Positions 12,322-22,691 of a DNA stretch of 64,000 nt are shown here, piece by piece. The DNA lies in the NCBI GenBank assembly GCA_965226375.1, contig CBDDCX010000008.1:864001-928000 (forward strand). The letters are read 5' to 3'. Under the pieces are notes generated by a model. It was not told the DNA's origin. It saw only the letters and a list, made by a program, of their open reading frames with translations, and ran no database searches. How positions within the stretch are numbered: position 1 is the stretch's first letter; every line of letters starts with the position of its first letter. Origin of the DNA: Longimicrobiales bacterium. Lineage in GTDB: Bacteria > Gemmatimonadota > Gemmatimonadetes > Longimicrobiales > Gaopeijiaceae. A program made the translations under genes and the position numbers.

Positions 12322-13089
12322 ATGGACTCCCCCGTGGCCCTGGTCACCGGTGCTTCCTCCGGTATCGGTCGTGCCCTTGCCGTGCGCCTGGCACGGGAGG
12401 GGTACTCCGTGGGGCTTGCTGCACGCCGCGAAGAGGTCTTGCAGTCCGTGAAGGAAGAGATCGAAGCGGGGGGTGGCCGGGCACGGGTTCTGGTGTGTGA
12501 CGTTACGGATCAGGAGGCCGTGCAGCGTGCTGCATGGTCGTGCCGAGAATCCTTGGGACCCGTCGATCTTCTCGTGGCCAACGCAGGGCTCAGCGAGGGC
12601 ACGGAGGTCCGTCGACTCGTGGCCTCGCATGTCGAACGCCTCATGCGGATCAACTTTCTGGGCGCCGTATTCGCCGTCGAAGCGGTGCTCCCCGGCATGT
12701 TGGAGCGAGGGCGAGGGCATCTCTGTTGCGTGTCGAGTCTGGCGGGCTTCGGAGGACTTCCGAAGACGGCCGCGTATGGTGCGTCTAAGGCCGCGCTCCG
12801 TGTCTTCTTCGAGGGTCTTCGTCTCGATCTCAAGGACGACGCGGTGGACGTCACCGTTGTTTCACCGGGATACATAAGAGCCTCCGACACCTCCAAATAC
12901 GTGCAGAAAAGACCCTTTCTGGTCGAACTGGACGACGCCGTGGAGCGGATCTACGGAGCCATCTCCGAGCGCCGTCCTTCCTTGGTGTTCCCCGCTCCCC
13001 TCTCCTCTGCGGTCTGGGTGGGGCAGGCGCTGCCTCGTGGCCTATACGACCGGCTGGCGGCTCGGATGGGCCGTGACAGGCGTGGGTAG
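12322..13089 (+). CDS. SDR family oxidoreductase
   Basis: TGASSGIG, ANAG, YGASK; start placed at MDSPVALV. Confidence 0.93.
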   Translation: MDSPVALVTGASSGIGRALAVRLAREGYSVGLAARREEVLQSVKEEIEAGGGRARVLVCDVTDQEAVQRAAWSCRESLGPVDLLVANAGLSEGTEVRRLVASHVERLMRINFLGAVFAVEAVLPGMLERGRGHLCCVSSLAGFGGLPKTAAYGASKAALRVFFEGLRLDLKDDAVDVTVVSPGYIRASDTSKYVQKRPFLVELDDAVERIYGAISERRPSLVFPAPLSSAVWVGQALPRGLYDRLAARMGRDRRG

Positions 13090-13189
13090 GCACGCCCCCA
13101 AACGCTGCGCGGAGTAGCGGTCGAGCGACGACCGTCGGTAAGTTGCTCCCGGTGGCGAGCCCCCGAAACGATCTGAGGAGTCTACTGAT

Positions 13190-13705
13190 ATGGATTATCG
13201 AGCCAAGACGTTGCTCGATGCGCGACGAGAAGAGTTGGAACGGGCGTTGGGACGCAAGCTCACATTGCCGACTCCTTCCGATCGTCCCGATCTGTCGGAA
13301 TCCGAGCGCGAACACCTCTTGAGTGATGCCACCGACCTGTACGAGAACGAGCTTGCCTGGGAAGACATCACGGACGAGGAGCAGGTCGAGGGAGAACCCC
13401 TCTCGGAGCTGACCTTTCCCGGGTTGCTCGCCTACATCCGCGGGCTGCTTCTCGATCAGGTCATGCCGGATTCCCTCGCGCCCGCGAATCCCCGGCCTGA
13501 GGTGGTGGAAGAGGTAGTCGGGTTCCTGGCCGGCCGTGTGCTGGCTCTTCAAGACCGCAATGGCGACCCAGAAGATGAGGACGCCGAACGTACGGAGCGC
13601 GATCTGTCTCTGACCGACCGACTCCTCGACCTGGTGCTCTTCCAACTTCACGGCGTCGATCCGGCCGACGTCGAGGGGTTCAGGGACGGCGCTGCCGCGT
13701 CCTGA
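13190..13705 (+). CDS. Hypothetical protein (acidic, helical)
   Basis: 171-aa ORF with GAGGAG SD that fills the intergenic gap. Confidence 0.75.
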   Translation: MDYRAKTLLDARREELERALGRKLTLPTPSDRPDLSESEREHLLSDATDLYENELAWEDITDEEQVEGEPLSELTFPGLLAYIRGLLLDQVMPDSLAPANPRPEVVEEVVGFLAGRVLALQDRNGDPEDEDAERTERDLSLTDRLLDLVLFQLHGVDPADVEGFRDGAAAS

Positions 13706-13717
13706 CGTGTCGCCCCG

Positions 13718-14575
13718 ATGGCCACACCCCTGAGGCTGCGGCCTGGCTGCTCCTATCTAGCGGGTAGCCCGCTCTTCATCGCCCACCGAGGCGGCGCCGC
13801 CATGGCCCCTGAGAACACCATGGCGGCCTTCCGGCTGGCTGTGGAAGGGTGGGGCGTCGACATGCTCGAGACGGATGCGCGCCTGACGTCCGACGGCGAG
13901 GTGGTGCTGATCCACGACGGCACGGTAGATCGGACGTGTGACGGAACCGGACCCATCGACGCCATGTCATGGAAGCAGGTACAGACTCTGGACGCGGGTT
14001 TCCACTTTCGAGACCTTGACGGCGAGACCTCCTACCGTGGCGAAGGAGTGCGCGTGCCCACTCTGGACGAGGTCCTGGGGGCGTTTCCCCAAACACGGGT
14101 CAACGTCGAGACCAAGTCCGCGGCGGTGGCGGGTCCCCTCCTGGAGGTGATCCACCGGCACAACGCCACCCATCGGGTTCTGGTGGCGGCCGAGGTCGAT
14201 GCATGGCGCCGAAACGCCCGTGGCTATCAAGGGCCCTGGGGGGCGTCTCGATGGGACATCGCGCGTTTCTGGTGTGCTGGTCGCGCCCGTATGGGAGGCG
14301 GGGCGGCACCGGGCTTCGACGCTCTTCAGGTGCCCGAGCTCTGGCACGGCCTGCGCGTGGTGACGCCGCGCTTCGTTACTCGGGCCCATCGCCTCAACAT
14401 CGCTGTTCATGTCTGGGTGGTGGACGATGAGAGTGACATGAGGCGACTTCTCGACTGGGGTGTCGATGGAGTTCAGACCGACCGCCTCGACCTTCTTGCC
14501 CCCGTTCTGGCCGACATCACCGGCAGGCCTGTGCCGTCCACCGTGCCCCGTCCCGGGCCGGAGGTGGAGAGATGA
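13718..14575 (+). CDS. Glycerophosphodiester phosphodiesterase
   Basis: IAHRGG, PENT, ETD, HDGTVDRT, GVQTDR. Confidence 0.93.
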   Translation: MATPLRLRPGCSYLAGSPLFIAHRGGAAMAPENTMAAFRLAVEGWGVDMLETDARLTSDGEVVLIHDGTVDRTCDGTGPIDAMSWKQVQTLDAGFHFRDLDGETSYRGEGVRVPTLDEVLGAFPQTRVNVETKSAAVAGPLLEVIHRHNATHRVLVAAEVDAWRRNARGYQGPWGASRWDIARFWCAGRARMGGGAAPGFDALQVPELWHGLRVVTPRFVTRAHRLNIAVHVWVVDDESDMRRLLDWGVDGVQTDRLDLLAPVLADITGRPVPSTVPRPGPEVER

Positions 14576-15939
14576 GCCGGGAACGTGCACTCGCGCGCGA
14601 TTTTGCCACGCACGTGGCGGAGCGAGGGTTCTTCTCGGAGGGAGACGGCATCTTGGTAGCCGTGTCCGGCGGTCTCGACTCCCTCGTGTTGCTCCATCTT
14701 CTGCGATTCGCCCCGGGGCTGCCCGATCTCGAGGTCGTGGTCGCGCACTTCGATCACCGCATGCGGCCCGGGAGTGCCGGCGACGCGGCCTGGGTCCGAG
14801 GTGTGGCCCTTGCCTGGGACGTTCCCTTCACCGAGGGCGTTGCCGAGGCCGACCTGTCCGGCGAAGAGGAGGCCCGCGAAGCCCGCTACGGGTTCTTGGA
14901 GGCGCAACACAAGAACCGGGGAACCCGGTGGATCGTGACTGCCCACCACGCGGACGATCAGGCGGAGACGGTTCTATTCCGGATTGCGCGAGGAACGGGG
15001 CCGAGTGGCCTCGCGGGGATCCCGGAGCAGAGAGCACCCGGAATCCTGAGGCCGCTGCTACCGTTCACGCGAGATGACATCGCACGGTACGCCCGGTGCG
15101 TCGGGATCGAACCACGCGTCGATCCGTCGAACCAAGACCCTGCGTACGCACGGAACGTGATCAGAAATGAGGTTCTTCCGCGGCTCGAGGCCGCGGTGGC
15201 TCCGGGTGTGCGCGCTTCCCTGGTGCGGCTCGCACGCATTGCCGAGGGAGAGGAGCGCGCGTGGCGATCGATCCTCGCCAAGTTGCTGGACGACCTCATC
15301 GTGGAGTCGAGTGAAGCCCGTATCGTCGTTGATCGAACTTCCTGGCTGGCGTACGACCCCGAGGTTCAGGCTAGAGCGCTGAGGGCCCTCACGGCCCGTC
15401 TCGGCGTTCGCCTCGACGAGGCCGGAACTCGGACCGCGGTTCTGTTTACTAGCGCGGGCGCCAGCGGCAAGGAACACTGGATCACGGGTCTCCTGCGGTT
15501 GCACAGAGCCTTCGATCATCTCGTCATAGAGCTCGTGACGGAGAGAGGTGTCGACGGTTCGATCGAGATCGACGAACTGGGTGAAGGGCACGGGGGGTTT
15601 GTGATCGGAGGGTGGGATTGGTCGGCGGCCTGGTCGCTCACCGGTGGCCTGGAGGGGGGGTGGATCGAGCGATTTTCCCTGGCAGACCTGGAGTTTCCGG
15701 TCCGAATGCGCGGATGGAGTGCCGGAGACCGGGTGCGTTATTCGTACGGGTCCAAGAAGCTGAAGAAGGTCTTCGGCGAGGCACGCGTACCCCTGGAGAG
15801 GCGGTCCCGGATGCCGGTCGTGGTTGATGGCCGTGGACGAGTGCTCTGGGTTCCCGGCGTGGCTCGCTCATGTCTGCTCGCCCCTGCCGAAGAGGAACCG
15901 GCGTTGGCCATTGCGTTGTCGACATTGGAGGTGTGGTGA
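14572..15939 (+). CDS. tilS: tRNA(Ile)-lysidine synthetase
   Basis: AVSGGLDS PP-loop, AREARY, HHADDQAET, RPLL, TilS C-terminal domain. Confidence 0.95.
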   Translation: MSRERALARDFATHVAERGFFSEGDGILVAVSGGLDSLVLLHLLRFAPGLPDLEVVVAHFDHRMRPGSAGDAAWVRGVALAWDVPFTEGVAEADLSGEEEAREARYGFLEAQHKNRGTRWIVTAHHADDQAETVLFRIARGTGPSGLAGIPEQRAPGILRPLLPFTRDDIARYARCVGIEPRVDPSNQDPAYARNVIRNEVLPRLEAAVAPGVRASLVRLARIAEGEERAWRSILAKLLDDLIVESSEARIVVDRTSWLAYDPEVQARALRALTARLGVRLDEAGTRTAVLFTSAGASGKEHWITGLLRLHRAFDHLVIELVTERGVDGSIEIDELGEGHGGFVIGGWDWSAAWSLTGGLEGGWIERFSLADLEFPVRMRGWSAGDRVRYSYGSKKLKKVFGEARVPLERRSRMPVVVDGRGRVLWVPGVARSCLLAPAEEEPALAIALSTLEVW

Positions 15940-16475
15940 AGGCCCAGGCGAGGTTGGGGGGACACGAGTTGGCCCACATCGTCTACTCCGAGGAGACGAT
16001 CGCGCGACGTGTGCGGGAGATGGGCCGGGAGATCACTGAATCCTACACTGAGGACGATGATCTACTGGTCTTGGGCCTCTTGAAGGGTTCGTTCATCTTT
16101 CTGGCGGATCTGGTGCGGTCCGTCGACCTGCCTCTCCAGGTCGACTTTCTGGTGGCGTCGAGCTATGGCAATGACACCGTGAGCAGCGGAGACGTAGAGT
16201 TGGTGTATGATTCGGAGACTTCCCTGGAAGATCGGGCGGTCATTATCGTGGAGGACATCGTCGACAGTGGCAACACGATGAACCGACTGGTCCCTCTTCT
16301 TGCGGAGCGGGGTCCGAAGAGTTTGGAGATCTGCGCTCTTCTGCATAAGCGCATCGGCCGGCTCATCAAGGAGCCCCGATGGGTGGGCTTCGATGCGCCT
16401 GAGGAGTTCCTAGTGGGTTATGGGCTGGATTTCAGCGAGAACTTCCGACACTTGCCTTATATTGCGAGTTTGTGA
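15936..16475 (+). CDS. hpt: Hypoxanthine phosphoribosyltransferase
   Basis: LKGSFIFLADL, VEDIVDSGNT, VGYGLD, RHLPYI. Confidence 0.95.
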   Translation: MKAQARLGGHELAHIVYSEETIARRVREMGREITESYTEDDDLLVLGLLKGSFIFLADLVRSVDLPLQVDFLVASSYGNDTVSSGDVELVYDSETSLEDRAVIIVEDIVDSGNTMNRLVPLLAERGPKSLEICALLHKRIGRLIKEPRWVGFDAPEEFLVGYGLDFSENFRHLPYIASL

Positions 16476-16519
16476 GCGTCGGCGGGACTCTGACGCCTTT
16501 CCTGGTGTAGCAGAAACAT

Positions 16520-18640
16520 ATGGCTGAACACGACCCAATTCGCACGCCGAACGACGGTTCTCGGCTGAACCGGTTCTCACGGACCGGTGCCTTCTGGTTG
16601 CTCCTCGTCCTCATGACGGTTCTCGCATTCCAGTTCATGCGCGGGCAAGAACAAGGGGCTATCGAGTTCTCGTATACGGAGTTCAAGAGCCAGCTCGACG
16701 CGGATAACATTCTCGAGGTCACGATCGTCGAGAGCCGTATGATCGAGGGCGAGCTGCGGGCGCCGAGGATCGAAGAGGGTCAGGAGTTTCAACAGTTCAC
16801 CGTGATGCTCCCGGGTGAGATTACCGCTGAACTCCTCGCAGAACTCGAGCAGCACGAGATCGAGATCTCGGGCAAGCTGGAGACACGGGGTTGGGGAACC
16901 CTGCTCTTGGGTGCGTTGCCATGGTTGCTCTTCATCGCCTTCTGGATCTGGATCTTCCGCACCATGCAGGGTGGGGGAAACAGGGCGTTCCAGTTCGGGC
17001 GCTCCAAGGCGAAGCTCATCTCTCCGGATACGCCGAAGGTCACGTTCGCAGACATCGCCGGCGCGGACGAGGCGAAGGAGGAGCTCGAAGAGATTATCGA
17101 GTTTCTGAAGGATCCGCAGAGGTTCTCGCGTCTCGGTGGTCGGCTGCCCAAGGGCGTTCTGCTCGTGGGCCCTCCGGGCACGGGAAAGACACTGTTGGCT
17201 CGGGCCGTGGCCGGAGAGGCCGAGCGGCCCTTCTTCCAGATGTCGGGGTCCGACTTCGTGGAGATGTTCGTCGGTGTGGGAGCGTCACGGGTCCGTGACC
17301 TGTTCGAGCAGGGCAAGGCCCACGCTCCCTGCATCATTTTCATCGACGAGATCGACGCGGTCGGACGGCACCGTGGAGCCGGTCTTGGCGGAGGACACGA
17401 CGAGCGCGAGCAGACCCTCAATGCCCTACTCGTGGAGATGGACGGCTTCGAGGCCAACGAGGGTGTGATTCTGTTGGCGGCCACCAACCGACCCGACGTG
17501 CTCGATCCGGCACTCCTGCGCCCCGGTCGTTTCGATCGCCAGGTCGTCGTCGACATGCCTGACGTCAGGGGAAGGGAAGGGATCCTACGGGTCCATGCCA
17601 AGAAGCTTCCGTTGGCCGGTGACGTGGAGCTCAAGATCGTGGCCAAGGGCACTCCGGGGCTGAGCGGCGCGGATCTGGCGAACATCTGCAACGAAGCCGC
17701 GCTCCTGGCTGCCCGTGACGACAGCAACAAGGTGAGCATGGCCCATTTCGAGGAGGCGAGGGACAAGGTCATGCTGGGTGCAGAGCGCCGCAGTATGGTG
17801 CTCACGGACTCGGAGCGGAAGCTCACGGCATACCACGAGGCCGGCCACGCAGTCATCGGCCTCCGACTGCCCGGCATGGATCCGATCCACAAGGTCACGA
17901 TCATCCCTCGCGGGCGGGCGCTCGGCATCACCGCCAGTCTTCCACAGGAAGATCGTCACTCCTATACCAAGGAGTGGCTCGAGGGGCAGTTGTGTATGCT
18001 TTTCGGCGGGCGAGTGGCCGAGGAGTTGATCTTCGGTCCCGAGAAGATCACCACTGGAGCGGGTAACGACATCGAGAGAGCCACGGCCATGGCACGGCAG
18101 ATGGTGACCCGCTTTGGCATGTCGGAGACTATCGGTCTGATGGCCATCGGGCATGCGGACCAGGAGGTCTTCCTGGGCCGCGAGCTGGTCCAGCGCCGAG
18201 AGGTATCCGAACATACGGCTCAACAGGTCGATCAAGAGATCAAGCGTGTGCTGGATGAGGCCCATGAGCACGCTCGGAAGTTGGTCGCCGAGCATCGGGA
18301 TCTCTTGGAGGTCGTCGCCCAGGCCCTTCTGGACCGGGAGACGCTGGATGCCGCCGATGTCGGTGCTTTGGATGCCGGCGAGGAACTCCCGCCCCTCACC
18401 GATCCAGAGCAGGATGAGGACGGGGAGACGTCCTCTTCGCTCCCGGCTTCGGATGACGGGCCCGACGAGGAAGGCACAGCGGATGACGACACCGTGGGGC
18501 CCAACCCGGTCCGGGAAGGGGCCGCGCCGGAAGGTGAGGATCAAGAGGAGTCCGGCGCCGAAGAGTCGAGCCCCGACACTGTGCACACCCCAGTGGTGCG
18601 GCTCGGTGCCGAGGATCCGGAGGCGGGCGCCTCCAACTAG
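16520..18640 (+). CDS. ftsH: ATP-dependent zinc metalloprotease FtsH
   Basis: Two TM helices, [28 protein letters not shown]; acidic low-complexity tail. Confidence 0.98.
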   Translation: MAEHDPIRTPNDGSRLNRFSRTGAFWLLLVLMTVLAFQFMRGQEQGAIEFSYTEFKSQLDADNILEVTIVESRMIEGELRAPRIEEGQEFQQFTVMLPGEITAELLAELEQHEIEISGKLETRGWGTLLLGALPWLLFIAFWIWIFRTMQGGGNRAFQFGRSKAKLISPDTPKVTFADIAGADEAKEELEEIIEFLKDPQRFSRLGGRLPKGVLLVGPPGTGKTLLARAVAGEAERPFFQMSGSDFVEMFVGVGASRVRDLFEQGKAHAPCIIFIDEIDAVGRHRGAGLGGGHDEREQTLNALLVEMDGFEANEGVILLAATNRPDVLDPALLRPGRFDRQVVVDMPDVRGREGILRVHAKKLPLAGDVELKIVAKGTPGLSGADLANICNEAALLAARDDSNKVSMAHFEEARDKVMLGAERRSMVLTDSERKLTAYHEAGHAVIGLRLPGMDPIHKVTIIPRGRALGITASLPQEDRHSYTKEWLEGQLCMLFGGRVAEELIFGPEKITTGAGNDIERATAMARQMVTRFGMSETIGLMAIGHADQEVFLGRELVQRREVSEHTAQQVDQEIKRVLDEAHEHARKLVAEHRDLLEVVAQALLDRETLDAADVGALDAGEELPPLTDPEQDEDGETSSSLPASDDGPDEEGTADDDTVGPNPVREGAAPEGEDQEESGAEESSPDTVHTPVVRLGAEDPEAGASN

Positions 18641-18650
18641 CTGATTGCAC

Positions 18651-19448
18651 GTGTCCCCACTCTGGAATCAGCTGCGGTTCTTCCTTCCGGGGTGGCTCGA
18701 CCTCGTCGAGATCCTCATTGTCGCGTTTCTGCTCTACCGGGTTCTGCTGATCATCCGGCGCACTCGGGCAATGCAGATTCTGCTGGGGCTGCTCGTGTTG
18801 GCCGCTGCGTATCTCGTCTCCCAGGTTCTCCGACTGACCCTTATCGAGTACATCCTCCAGACCGTATTCGAATACGGGGTCATCGCGGGACTGGTCGTGT
18901 TCCAGCCCGAGCTGAGAACCGCCCTCAGCCGCCTGGGCCAGAGTCGACTGATCCGCTTGGTCAATCCGATGCGGGAGGGTCAGCTGATCGACGAGATCGT
19001 CCAGGGTGTCGCGGAGCTCTCTCGCAAGAAGATGGGCGCCATCATCGCCATCGAGCAGGAGGTCGGCCTCGACGAGTACGCTCAGACGGGGAGCCGGGAG
19101 AGGGTCACGGTTTCCTCGGAGATGCTCCAGACGATCTTCACGCCCGGCAGTCCTCTCCATGATGGAGCTGTGATCGTGGTGGGCGACGAGATACGGGCTG
19201 CCGGCGCCATCCTTCCGCTGACGCAGTACGCGGTCGCCGACAAGTCTCTGGGCACCCGTCACCGTGCAGCCATCGGCCTCAGTGAGGAGACCGATGCTCT
19301 GGTCGTAGTGGTCAGTGAAGAGACCGCCCGGGTCTCGGTAGCGCAGCGAGGTCGGCTGGAGCGCGACGTAGAAACAGCGCGGCTGAGGGAGATTCTGGGC
19401 GGTGCCTTGCCGGAGCGTCAGGCGGCCCTGGCCCCTCACCTTGCATAG
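18651..19448 (+). CDS. cdaA: Diadenylate cyclase (CdaA/DacA type)
   Basis: Three N-terminal TM helices, FQPELR, LHDGA and GTRHRAA catalytic motifs, SEET; start approximate. Confidence 0.93.
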   Translation: MSPLWNQLRFFLPGWLDLVEILIVAFLLYRVLLIIRRTRAMQILLGLLVLAAAYLVSQVLRLTLIEYILQTVFEYGVIAGLVVFQPELRTALSRLGQSRLIRLVNPMREGQLIDEIVQGVAELSRKKMGAIIAIEQEVGLDEYAQTGSRERVTVSSEMLQTIFTPGSPLHDGAVIVVGDEIRAAGAILPLTQYAVADKSLGTRHRAAIGLSEETDALVVVVSEETARVSVAQRGRLERDVETARLREILGGALPERQAALAPHLA

Positions 19449-19606
19449 ACAGCTTGCCAGCGTTGCTGAAAGCCCAAATATTGTGTTTCGTGTGACCTTT
19501 AACGTGGTCTAGGAATTTTCGGGACCGCGCACTAGATTGGCGCGTCTTTCTCGAAATGACCGTCGGCAGGTCGGCGGCAAGAGGACCGTGCACAAAGGAG
19601 CGTCGC

Positions 19607-20269
19607 TTGGACGCGAGTCAATACGATATTCTGTCGCTTTTCGCTGATGGCGGCTTGATGATGTACCCGTTGGTGCTCTGCTCGCTCATCGCGACCGGTG
19701 TGATGATCGCCAAGGCGTGGACCCTCTGGGTCGCCCACAGCAGCACGCAGGCCGTTCTTGCCGAAGTCGATGATGCCGCCCGTGCGGGCCGGATCGATGA
19801 AGCGTTGGAGCTTGCCGCCGCTCGACCAGGGCCGGCAGCTGCCATTCTCGTCGCAGGGCTGCGAAGAATCAAGGCCGACGAGATCGAGCTGAAGGAGCTC
19901 TCGCAAGCCATCAAGACCACCGGGACCATCGAGTTGGGTTTCCTCGAGCGGGGTCTGGTGATACTGGCTACGGTGGCCAACGTGGCTCCGCTCATGGGCT
20001 TCCTGGGTACCGTGGTTGGGATGGTTCTTGCCTTCGCTGCCATCGAGGCCGCCGGTGACGTGGATCCGACCCTTGTGGCGGGCGGCATTAAGGTCGCGCT
20101 GCTGACCACCGCGACGGGCCTCCTGATCGCGATTCCGGTCAACATCGGGTACAACTTCTTCGTCTCCCGCATCGATACGTTGATCATCGATATGGAGCAG
20201 GGTGCGCAGAAGGTTCTCGATCTGGCGTGGGATCTGGCGGGTGGATCCGGTGACTCCGGGTCTACCTAA
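19607..20269 (+). CDS. exbB: MotA/TolQ/ExbB proton channel
   Basis: GGLMMYPL, APLMGFLGTVVGM, ALLTTATGL; TTG start after AAGGAG. Confidence 0.92.
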   Translation: MDASQYDILSLFADGGLMMYPLVLCSLIATGVMIAKAWTLWVAHSSTQAVLAEVDDAARAGRIDEALELAAARPGPAAAILVAGLRRIKADEIELKELSQAIKTTGTIELGFLERGLVILATVANVAPLMGFLGTVVGMVLAFAAIEAAGDVDPTLVAGGIKVALLTTATGLLIAIPVNIGYNFFVSRIDTLIIDMEQGAQKVLDLAWDLAGGSGDSGST

Positions 20270-20331
20270 GGACTAGAGGAACCTTTCTTACGCACTGTAG
20301 GTAGCTGAGCACATAAAACGGGGGCTGTAGA

Positions 20332-20757
20332 ATGGCCGTTCTCAACAACAAGAAATCGAAGGTCAGCGACAAAGTCCCGTCGTCGTCGATGGCGGACATC
20401 GCGTTCCTGCTTCTGATCTTTTTCTTGGTGACCACCACCTTCCCGAAGGACAAGGGCCTCGCCATTGTCCTTCCCGAGGAGTCGGAAACGGTCGCGATCA
20501 ACCAGAAGAACATCATCCACATCATCATTCAGGCGGACGGGATCGTAGACCTGAAACGTGGTGAGAGTCCGCAGGTCCAACAGGTCCGGCCGGACGACAT
20601 CGAGGGAATCTGGCGTCAGGAAGTTGCGGAGAATGACAACCTGATCGCTGCCGTGAAGACGCATCCCGACGCACCGTACAAGTTTATGATCGATGTCTTG
20701 GATGCTCTCCACTCGGCGGGTGCCGAACGCATCTCCCTTCAGTTGCTGGAGGGCTAG
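20332..20757 (+). CDS. exbD: ExbD/TolR family protein
   Basis: SMADIAFLLLIFFLVTT TM motif with the conserved Asp. Confidence 0.92.
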   Translation: MAVLNNKKSKVSDKVPSSSMADIAFLLLIFFLVTTTFPKDKGLAIVLPEESETVAINQKNIIHIIIQADGIVDLKRGESPQVQQVRPDDIEGIWRQEVAENDNLIAAVKTHPDAPYKFMIDVLDALHSAGAERISLQLLEG

Positions 20758-20762
20758 CGGCC

Positions 20763-21209
20763 ATGGCTCTCAGAGGCGGATTCGAGCGGAAGTCACAGGC
20801 CTCGTCGGACGTGCCCGACTCGTCGATGGCGGACATCGCGTTTTTGCTTCTCATTTTCTTCATGGTCACGACGGTGTTCCAGAGCGACAAAAACCGCCAG
20901 ATCGTCTGGCCGGAGGCCGTGGCTACCGAGAAGATCGACGAGAAGCTCAAGAACATCCTGAACATCTGGGTGGAACGGGACGGTGGTGTCTTCATCAACG
21001 ACCGCCCATACAGCATGGGTGAAATCGCTCCGACCATCGGCCCCCTGTACGCGGCGTCGGACCGCGCGTTGGTAATCTCCATCCGCGGAGATCGGGAGGT
21101 CACTTACAGCACCATCGACCAGCTTACGAAGCAGTTGGTCGCCGCGGGGGTTGTCCGCGTAGTGTTCGCCACGGAACTCGAGCAACGCATGACGAGGGAA
21201 AGACGATGA
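20763..21209 (+). CDS. exbD: ExbD/TolR family protein (second copy)
   Basis: SMADIAFLLLIFFMVTT; IRGD motif. Confidence 0.92.
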   Translation: MALRGGFERKSQASSDVPDSSMADIAFLLLIFFMVTTVFQSDKNRQIVWPEAVATEKIDEKLKNILNIWVERDGGVFINDRPYSMGEIAPTIGPLYAASDRALVISIRGDREVTYSTIDQLTKQLVAAGVVRVVFATELEQRMTRERR

Positions 21210-21892
21210 ACGCTCAAGCTGTACCATCCGAGGGTGGGATTGGCAGTCTCGAGACCGAGAACGACCGATTCAAGCGATCGTTCAGCTCGTGGTTCTGGGG
21301 ATCCATGATCGCCGCTACGGTGTTCCACTTCATGATCTTCCAGTTCTGGCCCACGCTGACGGCTGAGGACACGTCGTTCACGAGTGAGGAACTGGAGACC
21401 ATCGAGCTTCCCCCCGAGATCGAGATTCCGCCGCCGCCCGAGCGGATCTCACGCCCGGCGACGCCCGTGATCGCGACCGCTGCCGTCGACGAGGACATCA
21501 CCATTGCCCCGACGACGTTTGAGGAAAACCCGGTTGAGGATTTGCCGCCGCCGCCTGCCCAGGAGACCACCGACATTGCGGCCGCTCCGGTCTTTACGCC
21601 TATGACGGTGCGACCTGAGATCAAGAATCGCCGTGAGGTAGTGCAAGCCATGATGAGGGCCTATCCGCCCATCCTCAAGGATGCCGGCATCGGTGGCCAG
21701 GCGTTGGTCTGGTTCTTTATCTCCGAAGAGGGTCGAGTCCTCGACAAGAGGATTTCCCGCAGCTCTGGTCATGAGCAGCTGGACGAGGCGGCGCTCGATG
21801 TCGCGAGTGTCTACGAGTTCACACCGGCGCTGAACCGTGACAAGGTAGTCAAGGTCTGGGTTCAGATTCCGATTACCTTCGAGGTCCGTTAG
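21206..21892 (+). CDS. tonB: Energy transducer TonB
   Basis: TM helix with His, Pro-rich linker, YPP...SSG...LDEAA...F.PA C-terminal domain. Confidence 0.92.
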   Translation: MNAQAVPSEGGIGSLETENDRFKRSFSSWFWGSMIAATVFHFMIFQFWPTLTAEDTSFTSEELETIELPPEIEIPPPPERISRPATPVIATAAVDEDITIAPTTFEENPVEDLPPPPAQETTDIAAAPVFTPMTVRPEIKNRREVVQAMMRAYPPILKDAGIGGQALVWFFISEEGRVLDKRISRSSGHEQLDEAALDVASVYEFTPALNRDKVVKVWVQIPITFEVR

Positions 21893-21918
21893 CACCCGGC
21901 TCGAGGGTCTGAAATCGC

Positions 21919-21953
21919 GACCCCGCCGGCGTGGCCGGCGGGGTCCTTTTTTT
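21919..21953 (+). terminator. Rho-independent terminator
   Basis: GACCCCGCCGGC-gtg-GCCGGCGGGGTC followed by C and T7. Confidence 0.93.
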
Positions 21954-21983
21954 CCAGTACGTCTCCCAAAGTGATACGATAGA

Positions 21984-22691
21984 ATGATCACGCCTGTGTA
22001 CGAGGCACGGCTCGAGCGTTCCCTCGGGGAGATCCAACAGCGGATCGCCCGGGCGGCCGAACGGAGTGGGCGGGCTTCCGACGACGTGACTTTGGTAGCG
22101 GTGACCAAGGCGCATACCTTGCAGGCCGTTCACGCTGCGGTCGCGCATGGCCTCTTTGATCTGGGAGAGAACCGGGTCGAGGATCTTACTGAGAAGGCCA
22201 CTGCGGTCGGGGACGAACGGGTGCGCTGGCATATGATCGGCCACGTGCAACGTCGCAAGGCACCGCACCTCGTGGGCGTGGCCGGGCTGGTCCATTCGAT
22301 CGACTCGCTGCGATTGGCTCAACGCCTCTCGAACGCGGCGGAAGTGGCCGACGAGACTCAGCCTGTGCTGATTCAGGTGAACACCTCCGGCGAGGAGACC
22401 AAGGGCGGTCTCCCGGGTCGGGAGATGGGAGACGATCTTCGAGGTATCCTGGCTTTACCGGGACTGGAGATCAGGGGCCTCATGACCATGGCTCCGTTTA
22501 CCGATGACGAGGCGGTGGTGCGAGGCACGTTTCGAGCTTTGCGCGAGCTCAATGACGAGCTCCGGGATATGGATGGATACGTTGGAGAAGAGCTCTCGAT
22601 GGGAATGACCAACGACTTCGAGATTGCGATTGAGGAAGGCAGCACGATGATACGCTTAGGGACCGCTCTGTTTGGGAGGCGCACGGCATGA
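21984..22691 (+). CDS. yggS: YggS family PLP-binding protein
   Basis: LVAVTK, GENRV, WHMIGH.Q, GLMTM, LSMGMTND, IRLGTALFG. Confidence 0.95.
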   Translation: MITPVYEARLERSLGEIQQRIARAAERSGRASDDVTLVAVTKAHTLQAVHAAVAHGLFDLGENRVEDLTEKATAVGDERVRWHMIGHVQRRKAPHLVGVAGLVHSIDSLRLAQRLSNAAEVADETQPVLIQVNTSGEETKGGLPGREMGDDLRGILALPGLEIRGLMTMAPFTDDEAVVRGTFRALRELNDELRDMDGYVGEELSMGMTNDFEIAIEEGSTMIRLGTALFGRRTA

